From Chlamydiales bacterium (lineage in GTDB: Bacteria > Chlamydiota > Chlamydiia > Chlamydiales > SM23-39): DNA of 32,681 bases. The position numbers were made by a program, and so were the translations under genes. Below are positions 1 to 8,060 of this stretch, in pieces. The DNA lies in the NCBI GenBank assembly GCA_036736085.1, contig DAINNB010000002.1:1-32681 (forward strand), given 5' to 3'. Under the pieces are notes generated by a model that searched no databases, was not told the DNA's origin, and worked only from the letters and a program-made list of their open reading frames with translations. Position 1 is the stretch's first letter. The number at the start of each line of letters is the position of its first letter.

Positions 1-91
1 ATACCCAACGTGATCCAAAATTTGGTTGCTAGGAGGGTTCAAAGCGCCAAAAATCCCTCCTAGCAACCAAATTTTGAATCACGTTGGGTAT
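1..91. repeat. Long near-perfect inverted repeat (37 bp arms, 17 nt loop) at the window edge
   Basis: Arm 1..37 (ATACCCAACGTGATCCAAAATTTGGTTGCTAGGAGGG) is the reverse complement of arm 55..91, with one mismatch that would be a G:U pair in RNA. The loop is 38..54. The stem is much longer than an ordinary terminator stem. Confidence 0.8.
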
Positions 92-248
92 AAGAGCTTG
101 AAGGCTGTTTTTTTCTCTAAGCGGTCTGTGCTAGAGCTCGCAGAGATGAATATTCAAGTTTTGCCTACTCATGAATAATTAAGACGCGCAGGCACGATTT
201 TCTGGTGTTTTGCGATTATCGGATATGCTTGGTGGAGATTAGACACAC

Positions 249-276
249 CTTGCATCTCTCGAGTGGGGGATGCAAG
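249..276 (-). terminator. Hairpin just downstream of the 285..593 gene, a possible terminator
   Basis: CTTGCATC (249-256) pairs with GATGCAAG (269-276), giving an 8 bp stem 9 nt after the stop codon on the minus strand. There is no clear U-run. Confidence 0.3.
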
Positions 277-284
277 ATGTTGAA

Positions 285-593
285 TTACACTCTTTTGGAA
301 GATCTTTTTGGCTGTTTAGGGAGGTGGTCGATCCATCGGACGCACTCGCGGGCCATGTAGTTGCACTCGCCTAAAAGGAGCATTAAATGATTTTTGTCTT
401 CGAGGAGAACTTGCGGGCTTGCGTGTTTCTTTACGTCGTTTTGCAGCTTTGCCCATGCGGCGTTGATCTGCTTTTCAATCGTTCTATAAGCTTCCCATTG
501 CAGCTGAGGATTGATCATATCGGTAGGATAAGCAGCTGGCTGTCTAGAGGCTGCTTTTTTAGAGTAGGGTTTTTTTGCTTTTTTTTTGGCCAT
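285..593 (-). CDS. Hypothetical small protein (102 aa) with Lys-rich N- and C-termini
   Basis: ORF with an ATG start preceded by GGGAGA about 5 nt upstream on the minus strand. I recognise no family. Basic termini: MAKKKAKKPYSKK ... KQPKRSSKRV. Confidence 0.55.
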   Translation of the reverse strand: MAKKKAKKPYSKKAASRQPAAYPTDMINPQLQWEAYRTIEKQINAAWAKLQNDVKKHASPQVLLEDKNHLMLLLGECNYMARECVRWIDHLPKQPKRSSKRV

Positions 594-808
594 GAAGGTC
601 TCCCGGCTATTTGTTTTTACTTCCTTATTTTTATAGTATACATTTTATTATAAAACCTCAAGTTTATTATGGTTAATTAGTGGTTTTTAGTTGTTTATGA
701 TTTTGTTGTTTTTGGCTTTTTGATGAAAGATAAAATTTTATTGTCTATAAATTCTGCCTGCCTTAAGATCTTCCTTTCGCGTAACACATAACATATAAGG
801 AGGTATCT

Positions 809-1006
809 ATGCGAAAACTAGTACAAGCACTGCTCATCACTTTGGGTTGCTTCTCTGCTGCAGGCGTTTATGCTCAAGAAGATGAGACTTCATCAGAAGT
901 AGTCATCAGCACAGAAGGCAGCGAAGAGACTTCGCAGAATCGCAACTTCCTTTTGCTTCAACAAGAAGAAGAAATTGCAGCTGATGATGAGAGCGGCAAA
1001 AACTAA
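809..1006 (+). CDS. Small secreted acidic protein (65 aa) with an N-terminal signal peptide
   Basis: Strong RBS AAGGAGG at 798-804 precedes the ATG at 809. The N-terminus MRKLVQALLITLGCFSAAGVYAQ resembles a Sec signal peptide with an A-x-A-type cleavage site. The mature part is rich in E, D and S. Confidence 0.6.
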   Translation: MRKLVQALLITLGCFSAAGVYAQEDETSSEVVISTEGSEETSQNRNFLLLQQEEEIAADDESGKN

Positions 1007-1026
1007 GGTGTAAACCACTGATCGCA

Positions 1027-1056
1027 CTGAAGTTTGGACTTAGGTCCAAACTTCAG
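1027..1056. terminator. Bidirectional hairpin between convergent genes (809..1006 and nrdB)
   Basis: CTGAAGTTTGGAC (1027-1039), TTAG loop, GTCCAAACTTCAG (1044-1056): a perfect 13 bp stem between two convergent stop codons. Confidence 0.6.
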
Positions 1057-1069
1057 ATTGTCTACGATG

Positions 1070-2110
1070 TCAGCTCCAGACAAGATTTGAAGCTGATTGA
1101 TACTCAGTTACTCGTGTTTCGAAAAAGTTTTTCTCTTTTCCTAAATCGATCGTTTCGCTCATCCAAGGGAAGGGGTTTTTGGAGCGGTAGATTGCTTTGA
1201 GCCCGATTCTTTCCAGTCTTCGGTCGGCGATATGCTGTACATAATCGCGGAACATAGGAGCCGTTAATCCTAAAATGCCTCGCGGCAGGCAGTCTTCCGC
1301 ATACTGAATTTCCAGTTCGACGGCTTGTTGGATCTTATCGATCACGTAGGCCTGAAATTCCGGAGTCCATAAATGGGGGTTTTCCTCTTTGATGGTGTTG
1401 ATGAGATCGATACCAAAATTAAGGTGGATGGTCTCGTCGCGCAAAATGTACTGAAATTGTTCTCCAATCCCTACCATTTTATTTTGACGTAAAAAAGAGA
1501 GGATCATAGCAAATCCACTATAGAAGAAAATTCCTTCCATGATGATATAAAAGCCAATCAGATTTTCTAAAAATTTCTGAGCGCCCTCTTGGGTTGTCGT
1601 GGTAAAATCGGGATGGAGCACATCTGCTGTCAGAGTCATTTCAAATGCGTCTTTATTATGGATCGTGTTGATTTCATTGTACATATTGAAGACTTCCCCT
1701 TGGTCGAGAGTGAGGGATTCCACAATATATAAAAAGGCGTGAGTATGGATCGCTTCTTCAAAGGCTTGTCTTAAAAGATATTGCCGCGCCTCAGGGTTCG
1801 TGATGTGTCGGAAGATAGCGAGGACGATATTGTTGCCTACCAAGCTTTCCGCCGTTGCGAAAAATCCCAAATTCCTCATGATGACGCGTCTTTCGTCTTC
1901 ATTGAGAGCGTTGGATTTCCACAGTTCGATATCTTTGCCCATGGGCACTTCATTGGGCATCCAGTGGTTTGCGCATCCATTCAAATAATGCTCCCATGCC
2001 CATGTATATTTTAAGGGCATAAGTTGGTTGACATCGACGGCATGGCAATTGATGAGCCGTTTGCTGGCGACATCAATTCGGTTTGTGTTCGTTTTCAATA
2101 CATTTTTCAT
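1070..2110 (-). CDS. nrdB: Ribonucleoside-diphosphate reductase beta subunit (R2), class Ic type
   Basis: Full-length ferritin-like R2. The metal-site motif reads [12 protein letters not shown], where E. coli has ETIHSRSYTH. The radical-Tyr position is Phe126 (codon 1733-1735), and the first ligand is Glu88 (FFATAESL, codon 1847-1849) instead of Asp. This matches C. trachomatis R2 (E89, F127). AAGGA RBS upstream. Confidence 0.95.
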   Translation of the reverse strand: MKNVLKTNTNRIDVASKRLINCHAVDVNQLMPLKYTWAWEHYLNGCANHWMPNEVPMGKDIELWKSNALNEDERRVIMRNLGFFATAESLVGNNIVLAIFRHITNPEARQYLLRQAFEEAIHTHAFLYIVESLTLDQGEVFNMYNEINTIHNKDAFEMTLTADVLHPDFTTTTQEGAQKFLENLIGFYIIMEGIFFYSGFAMILSFLRQNKMVGIGEQFQYILRDETIHLNFGIDLINTIKEENPHLWTPEFQAYVIDKIQQAVELEIQYAEDCLPRGILGLTAPMFRDYVQHIADRRLERIGLKAIYRSKNPFPWMSETIDLGKEKNFFETRVTEYQSASNLVWS

Positions 2111-2141
2111 GTAGATCCTTTTTCTAACATTTTTTATTTCA

Positions 2142-2175
2142 GATGCAGAGCCATGTTTCGCATCGGCTCTGCATC
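2142..2175 (-). other. Stem-loop in the nrdA-nrdB intergenic spacer
   Basis: GATGCAGAGCC (2142-2152) pairs with GGCTCTGCATC (2165-2175), an 11 bp perfect stem. It lies between the nrdA stop and the nrdB start on the transcribed strand. Possibly an attenuator, processing site or mRNA stabiliser. Confidence 0.4.
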
Positions 2176-2187
2176 AAAAAACACATA

Positions 2188-2236
2188 GGATTCCAAAGGA
2201 CGAAGTCCTTTGGCCGGGTTTGGGGCAGCGCCCCAA
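2188..2236. repeat. Double-hairpin GC-rich repeat, solo copy A
   Basis: GGATTCCAAAGGAC-GAA-GTCCTTTGG CCGGGT TTGGGGC-AGC-GCCCCAA. The same unit recurs at 5746-5871, 7994-8041, 23272-23322 and 25739-26044. Confidence 0.85.
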
Positions 2237-2239
2237 TGA

Positions 2240-5200
2240 TTACTGACAGCTTTCGCAGCCTTCTCCTAATGTGCAGACAGTTGGCGCGGAAACCTCTCTA
2301 TCGACCTTAATGTTGCTAGAGGCAGACTTGCTTTTCATCCAGCGGGGCTGGAGGCCTCGTTTGTTAATATCGATAGATGATTTTTCGATCTGCGTGGCTC
2401 CGAGCGAGCGGAGATAGTAGGTGGTCTTTAGTCCTTTTTCCCAAGCTTGCATGTACATTTGGTGTAATTTTTTGCCGCTGGGTTCGGACAGATAAAGATT
2501 GAGGGATTGGCCCATATCGATCCACTTTTGTCTGCGGGCGCCGCATTCGAGTATCCATTCCGGTTCGATTTCAAACGCTGTGAGAAATAGCTGCTTGATT
2601 TCATCGGGAATGCGCTCGATTTCTCGGATGGAGCCATCAAAGTATTTTAGATCGTCGATCATCTCCTCATCCCAAAGATTTTCTGCTTTGAGCCTTTCGA
2701 CAAGGTAAGGATTCGTGATCGTAAATTCGCCAGAGAGGTTCGATTTGACGAACAGATGCTTGTACATCGGTTCGATCGAAGGGATGGAGCCTGTAATATT
2801 TGCAATCGTTGCTGTTGGAGCGATCGCCATGGTGTTGCTGTTTCTTAGGCCATGTTTTTTTACAGCCTCTCTGACAACTGTCCAGTCCATCGATTTAGAG
2901 CGGTCCACGTCAATGGGAAGACCTCTTTCTTTTTCGAGGATTTCCAATGTGTCGATAGGTAAATAGCCCCGGTCCCATTTCGATCCTGCATAAGTAGGAT
3001 AGCGTCCTTTTTCTGCCGCCAGTTCCGTTGAAGCTAGGATGGCATAGTAAGAAATCATCTCCATGCTCTTATCTGCAAATTCGACAGCTTCGTGGCTGGC
3101 ATAGCTAATATTTTGCATGTAAAGAGCGTCTTGGAATCCCATGATCCCCATGCCGATAGGCCGGTGTCTGAGGTTGGCATTCTTGGCTTCTACTGTGGGG
3201 TAGAAGTTGATGTCGATCACGTTGTCGAGCATTCTTACGGCTGCTTTGATTGTGGCGGCGAGCTTCTTTTCGTCGAGGCCTTTGCTTGTCATGTGCTTGG
3301 CCAAATTGATCGAGCCTAAGTTACAGACAGCAGTTTCTTCCGCTGATGAATTGAGGAGGATCTCAGTGCATAAGTTAGAAGAGTGGACGACGCCTTGGTG
3401 ATCTTGAGGTGAGCGGATGTTGGAGGGATCTTTGAACGTGATCCAAGGATGGCCGGTTTCAAAGAGCATGCTGAGCATTTTTCTCCAAAGCTGGATCGCT
3501 TCGAGTTTTTTAAACAGCTTGATTTCTCCTGTTTCCGTCATCTTTTCATATTCAGCGTACCGTTTTTCAAAAGGAGCTCCGTAGAGATCGTGAAGATCGG
3601 GCACATCGCTTGGGCTGAAAAGAGTCCATGAGCCACCCTCTTTGACCCGCTTCATGAAGAGATCGGGAATCCAGTTGGCCGTATTCATATCGTGTGTGCG
3701 GCGTCTCTCATCGCCTGTATTTTTACGCTATTCTTAATATTCTTCGATGTCCAAATGTCAGGTTTCATAATAGGCGCACATAGCCCCTTTTCGTTTTCCT
3801 CCTTGATTCACCGCTACGGCGGTATCGTTGGCTACTTTAAGAAAAGGAATCACGCCTTGTGAAGTGCCATTGGTTCCTTTAATGCGAGCGCCTGTGGCTC
3901 GAACGTTCGACCAGTCGTTGCCGATGCCGCCTGCCCATTTAGATAGCTGAGCATCGTCGGCGACAACTTTAAAGATATGGTGGAGATCATCCATGACAGT
4001 AGAGAGATAGCAGGAGCTCAGTTGCGAGTGGAGCGTGCCTGAATTAAATAAGGTTGGTGTAGATGAGGTGAAATGAAATTGGGAGAGCACATGATAAAAC
4101 TCGATGGCTCTTTGGTTTTTTTGATCCCCTTCGCCAAGGGCGAGGCCCATAGAAACGCGCATCCAGAAAATTTGAGGGGTTTCCAATCTTCGCTGTTCAT
4201 GGTGGAGGAAATAACGATCGTAAAGAGTTTGGAGGCCAAGATAGGTGAATAGATCATCTCTCGATATATCCATGGCCTGTCCTAAAAGATCCAAGTCGAA
4301 ATCAAGCAGGTCTGGAGAGACGCGCTGATAGGAGATTGCTTGCCTTACATATTTTTTGAAATACTTTTGGTGCGCTTTTTTTAGACCCGAATCGGAAGCG
4401 GGAAGGCCCATTGTTTCTCTATACAAAATGTCGAGCAGAAGACGGGATGCGACCTGTGAGTAAGCGGGTTCTTTTTCGATTTTTGAGCGGGCCGCCATGA
4501 TATGGGCCAAATCGACCTCCTCTTCTTTAATCCCTATATAAAACTGGGCAAGGGAGGTATCTAGCATTTCATCAACGGAGACAACGGATTCTAACCCTCT
4601 GCAGGCAAAAGAGAGTTTTTTTCGCAGTTGATTTTCATTGATCGTGATTGTTTTTCCATCAGCCGCAACAATTTCAAATTCGCGCACATGAGCCCCTTCA
4701 TTTGAGGGCGCTGCCGCCATTTCGTGCTGCAAGTCTTATTCCGCGCTGTATAGGATATAGTTTCTCGCAACACCAAAATATTTTTCGCTCATCAACTCTC
4801 TTTCGATCCGATCTTCTACGGCATCGATATAAAGAGCTTCCCCTTGAGAAGATAAATAGATCATCTCGTCTACGATTTTTTTTGTGAGCACGTTCACAGC
4901 ATCGACGACTTCATCAGGAGACTGCTCTTCGATATTTCTCGCTCTTCTAAAAGCCCTTTCTATGGAAGAGGCGATTTTCATAGGATTGAAACGGGTGGGG
5001 GTCGTTTTATCTCGGCGGTAGATTTTCACGTTTTGCGGCGTCTCTTTTCGGGTCGCTTTGCGGCTGTCTCTATAAATAATGTAATCGCGGGCTACGTCAT
5101 GGTATCCGTTTTTCATTAAAGTGACTTCTACCACATCTTGGATCCCCTCCACGGTAAGGCACGCACCTTTAGATGCCAGGTTAAGCAATTGTTTCACCAC

Positions 5201-5473
5201 GCTGCCTGTGATTTGATCGATAACTGCTTCCAAATCTTTATCTAAAACTGCCGCTTCCGCTATGTTTTTCGTATCTCGAAAAGCCGCCTCGATCGCGCGG
5301 AAAATTCTTTCTCTTTTAAACGGGACCAATGTTCCGTTCCTCTTCACTACAGTATATTGCGCCTCTTTCGAAGAAATGTTTTTCCTGGCAACTCCTTTTT
5401 CTTGGCTCGCTTCCATTAATGAAACGGGATCGAGAAACGAAGTGGTCATATCATGATTGGTTTGTTTTTTCAT
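2240..5473 (-). pseudogene. nrdA: Ribonucleoside-diphosphate reductase alpha subunit (multi-ATP-cone, chlamydial type), interrupted by four in-frame stop codons
   Basis: Three track ORFs (4736..5557, 3758..4732, 2240..3688) share one reading frame. They are separated only by TAA 4736-4738, TGA 3758-3760, TAA 3734-3736 and TAG 3728-3730. Read through, the frame gives [49 protein letters not shown]-cone repeats (VVKRNGTLVPF, IYRRDKTTPTRF), the active-site SNLCTEI and the C-terminal Cys pair CESCQ are all present. The likely start is ATG 5471-5473 with RBS AAGAGG, not the track GTG at 5557. Confidence 0.85.
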
Positions 5474-5557
5474 TGTACTTACCTCTTTGGCGCAAAAAAA
5501 CTTAAGGTCCAGCGCAGTGTTTTTGTTTGTAAATAACTGGTTAATTTTTCGTGTCAC

Positions 5558-5605
5558 CTACCAGATGTGGTAGGTTTTTTCGGTTTACATAACTATATAT
5601 TGTAG
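5558..5605 (-). promoter_or_regulatory. Tandem NrdR-box-like palindromes upstream of nrdA
   Basis: Box 5590-5605 reads CTACAATATATAGTTA on the minus strand and matches 12 of 16 positions of the NrdR consensus acaCwAtATaTwGtgt. A second, weaker palindrome CTACCAGATGTGGTAG lies at 5558-5573. Centre-to-centre distance is 32 bp, the usual tandem spacing. Both sit 85-130 bp upstream of the nrdA start. Confidence 0.5.
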
Positions 5606-5745
5606 TCGGGGTTTTCTGGTCTAGAAAAAAAATACTCGTTCGCAGACCCATTTACACAGAGTCGTTAAGAGTAGCAAAAATAACCAAAACTTGCGATTTT
5701 TTTGTCTGAGAATTGTTTGAGGTTGTCACATTTCCTCGGCTTGTT

Positions 5746-5871
5746 TTGGGGCGCTACCCCAAACCCCGTTAAAGGACTACGCCCCTTAAAACCCCTTTTG
5801 CTTTTTTAAAAAAAACAAAATGGATTTTAAAGGACGCTAGTCCTTTAACGGGGTTTGGGGCAGCGCCCCAA
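5746..5871. repeat. Back-to-back inverted pair of the double-hairpin repeat (copy B), about 126 bp palindrome
   Basis: The left unit, TTGGGGCGCTACCCCAAACCCCGTTAAAGGAC..., and the right unit, ...AAAGGACGCTAGTCCTTTAACGGGGTTTGGGGCAGCGCCCCAA, are inverted copies around an A/T-rich centre (TTTTGCTTTTTTAAAAAAAACAAAA). Confidence 0.85.
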
Positions 5872-5957
5872 GACAGCGGAATCGTGCAAACGTGGTTTTT
5901 GTGTGCTGAGTGAGTTTTAGCTTGGGATGCAGCTCTTTTTGTGTTATTGTTAGGATT

Positions 5958-6803
5958 ATGAAGAGAGCCTATTTAGTTCCCAACATCATCACGGCGTTTA
6001 GTCTAGCTTGCGGTCTTTTTGTGATTTTCAAGGTCAACATGATCGAGCCGGGGAGCGGGGATTATGAAGTGGTGTATGCGGCGGCCCTTTTGCTTTTGGT
6101 GGCGGCTTTGGCTGACTTTCTGGATGGGGCTGTGGCCCGTGCTTTTCATGCCGAGAGCCAATTCGGCCTTGTGTTTGATTCGCTCTCGGATGCTATTTCT
6201 TTTGGGGTGGCGCCTTCTGTGATTTTGTTAAAGACCTTGTCTTTAGAGCAGGGGACGTTTCTTTCTTTTTTTAGTACAACGGGGGCGATGATCTATTCTC
6301 TTTGTGGGGTGCTGAGACTGGTTCGCTTTAGCGTGAAGGCCTCGGAGGCAAAAGGGAATGAGGAGCTGCAGGCGGCGCAAAAGAAACATTTTACGGGATT
6401 GCCGATCCCGGCAGCAGCGGCGGCGGCGGTATCAGCGAACTTGTTTTTCCTTTCTCCTTTTGTGAGACGGTGGATCGATTTAAATACCTTTGACCGCTCT
6501 GTTTTTTTGACATGCGTGATGATCATTTTGGGGTATTTGATGGTCTGCCGCCTCAAATTTCCTAGTTTAAAATCGCTTCATTTCCGTATTCCCTCGTTTC
6601 ATTGGGTGTTTTTATCTGTCGTCGTTGCGGTCTTTGTCTTATATGGCATCTTGTACTTTTTTCCTTTGATATTAGCGTTTGCGGCTTGGAGCTATATTCT
6701 AGTTGCTTTCGTTTTGACAGTCATTCGTCTGATCGCTGGAAAAAAATCCAAGACATTGGAAGAGTTTGAGCCGGAACCGGACGATTTTGAACAGTTGCAC
6801 TAA
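5958..6803 (+). CDS. pssA: CDP-diacylglycerol--serine O-phosphatidyltransferase (CDP-alcohol phosphatidyltransferase family)
   Basis: The CDP-alcohol motif DGAVARAFHAESQFGLVFDSLSDAISFGVAP fits D-G-x2-A-R-x8-G-x3-D-x3-D, and the DSLSD..SFGVAP form is typical of PssA. Multiple TM segments. Start set at ATG 5958 (MKRAYLVPNIITAF) rather than the track alternative start at 5910. Confidence 0.8.
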   Translation: MKRAYLVPNIITAFSLACGLFVIFKVNMIEPGSGDYEVVYAAALLLLVAALADFLDGAVARAFHAESQFGLVFDSLSDAISFGVAPSVILLKTLSLEQGTFLSFFSTTGAMIYSLCGVLRLVRFSVKASEAKGNEELQAAQKKHFTGLPIPAAAAAAVSANLFFLSPFVRRWIDLNTFDRSVFLTCVMIILGYLMVCRLKFPSLKSLHFRIPSFHWVFLSVVVAVFVLYGILYFFPLILAFAAWSYILVAFVLTVIRLIAGKKSKTLEEFEPEPDDFEQLH

Positions 6804-6817
6804 GAGAACCTCTCCAC

Positions 6818-8026
6818 ATGCTCATCTTTATCTCTACTAGTCTTTTATTTTTAGCGGGCTCGGTTTTTTTATGGTTTGCGTTTCAGCGCCAATCGAAGCA
6901 GATGCGCCAGCAAATGCGCGATACGTTTCAATCGCTTTCTTTCGATGTATTGGAAAAAAGCGGACGTTCCTTTTTGGATTTGGCATCCGCCCACCTCGAT
7001 AAGTATCAAAGCTTGGCTAAAGAGGATTTAGAAGGAAGGCAAAAGGCGATTGCTGAATCTCTCCTTCCAATCTCAGAGACAATGCAAAAGCTAGATGCTC
7101 ATCAGCGAGAGCTGGAGAAGAGGAGAGAAGGAGCTTATGCCTCCGTTTCCAAGCAGCTCGAAATCTTGGTTGCTTCTGAAAAAGAGCTCCGTCTTCAAAC
7201 GCAGCAGCTCTCGCAAGCTCTCCGTTCTCCAGGCATTAGAGGTTCTTGGGGACAGATGCATCTTCGCCGCGTTGTTGAGCTCGCCGGTCTTTTGAACCAT
7301 TGCGATTTTTCTGAGCAGCATACGGCTGAGACTGAAGGGCGGGTCCAAAGACCTGATCTCGTCGTTCATTTGCCTGGACAAAGACAGATTGTCATTGATG
7401 CCAAAACGCCGCTCGATGCTTATCTTGAAGCGTCTGAAACGCAAAATGAGGACCTTCGCCGCAAAAAGATTCAAAGTCATTCTCTTTTACTGCGCAAGCA
7501 TATGAAGGATCTTTCTAACAAAGAGTACTGGAAGCAGTTTGCCCCTTCCCCCGAATATGTCATCTTATTTCTCCCCGCAGAGGCCTTTTTCAGCGCGGCG
7601 CTCGAAAGCGATCCTACGCTCATTGAAGTAGGTGCAGAGCAAAATGTGATCGTTGCAACGCCAACTACCCTTATTGCGATTCTTCGTGCCGTTGCTTACG
7701 GATGGAAGCAAGAGAGCCTTTCCAAAAGCGCCAAAGAGATCGCCAGGCTTGGCCAAGAACTCTATGAACGGATCGGCATCGTCTGCGAGCACTGGAACCG
7801 CGTTGGCCGTTCGCTCAACACTGCTGTCGAATCCTATAATCAAAGCCTCTCATCCTTCGAATCCCGCGTCCTCGTCTCCGCTCGTAAGCTCAAAGAATCG
7901 GGCGCCGCCGCTTTTAACAAAGAACTTGTGGAACTTGTCGAAGTGGAAAAATTGGCCCGCTCGTTTAGGAGTTCTGAGTTGATTGAGGATGATGGGGTGC
8001 TGCGCCAAACCCCGCCAAAGGACTGA
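6818..8026 (+). CDS. rmuC: DNA recombination protein RmuC
   Basis: N-terminal TM segment, then a long coiled coil, then a RmuC nuclease-like core (PDLVVHLPGQRQIVIDAKTPLDAY ... VILFLPAEAFF ... VIVATPTTLIAILRAV). The last roughly 10 codons and the stop lie inside repeat copy C. Confidence 0.9.
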   Translation: MLIFISTSLLFLAGSVFLWFAFQRQSKQMRQQMRDTFQSLSFDVLEKSGRSFLDLASAHLDKYQSLAKEDLEGRQKAIAESLLPISETMQKLDAHQRELEKRREGAYASVSKQLEILVASEKELRLQTQQLSQALRSPGIRGSWGQMHLRRVVELAGLLNHCDFSEQHTAETEGRVQRPDLVVHLPGQRQIVIDAKTPLDAYLEASETQNEDLRRKKIQSHSLLLRKHMKDLSNKEYWKQFAPSPEYVILFLPAEAFFSAALESDPTLIEVGAEQNVIVATPTTLIAILRAVAYGWKQESLSKSAKEIARLGQELYERIGIVCEHWNRVGRSLNTAVESYNQSLSSFESRVLVSARKLKESGAAAFNKELVELVEVEKLARSFRSSELIEDDGVLRQTPPKD

Positions 8027-8041
8027 CGTCCTCTGGACTCC
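7994..8041. repeat. Double-hairpin repeat, solo copy C, acting as a terminator between convergent rmuC and the NEL gene
   Basis: GGGGTGCTGCGCC AAACCCCG CCAAAGGAC-TGA-CGTCCTCTGG ACTCC, followed by TTTTGTTTTT. The rmuC stop TGA (8024-8026) lies at the top of the second hairpin (its G may pair with C8027). It shares the ...GTCCTCTGGACTCCTTTTG tail with copy D. Confidence 0.8.
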
Positions 8042-8060
8042 TTTTGTTTTTATGGAGGGG

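Noticed and set aside
387-653. An 88 aa plus-strand ORF
   Set aside because: It lies antisense to the 285..593 gene, which has the better support (RBS and ATG), and its composition is low-complexity Phe/Leu/Cys typical of an antisense artefact.
2240-5557. The idea that the nrdA stops reflect a reassigned genetic code, such as TGA read as Trp
   Set aside because: All three stop codon types occur inside nrdA, and TAA, TAG and TGA all terminate well-aligned genes elsewhere in the window. Examples are rmuC (TGA), ftsH (TAA) and hsp20 (TAG). A code change cannot explain this.
5474-5557. The GTG start at 5557 for nrdA, which adds 28 aa
   Set aside because: The extension overlaps the putative NrdR-box palindrome and has no RBS. 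ATG 5471-5473 is preceded by AAGAGG at the correct spacing.
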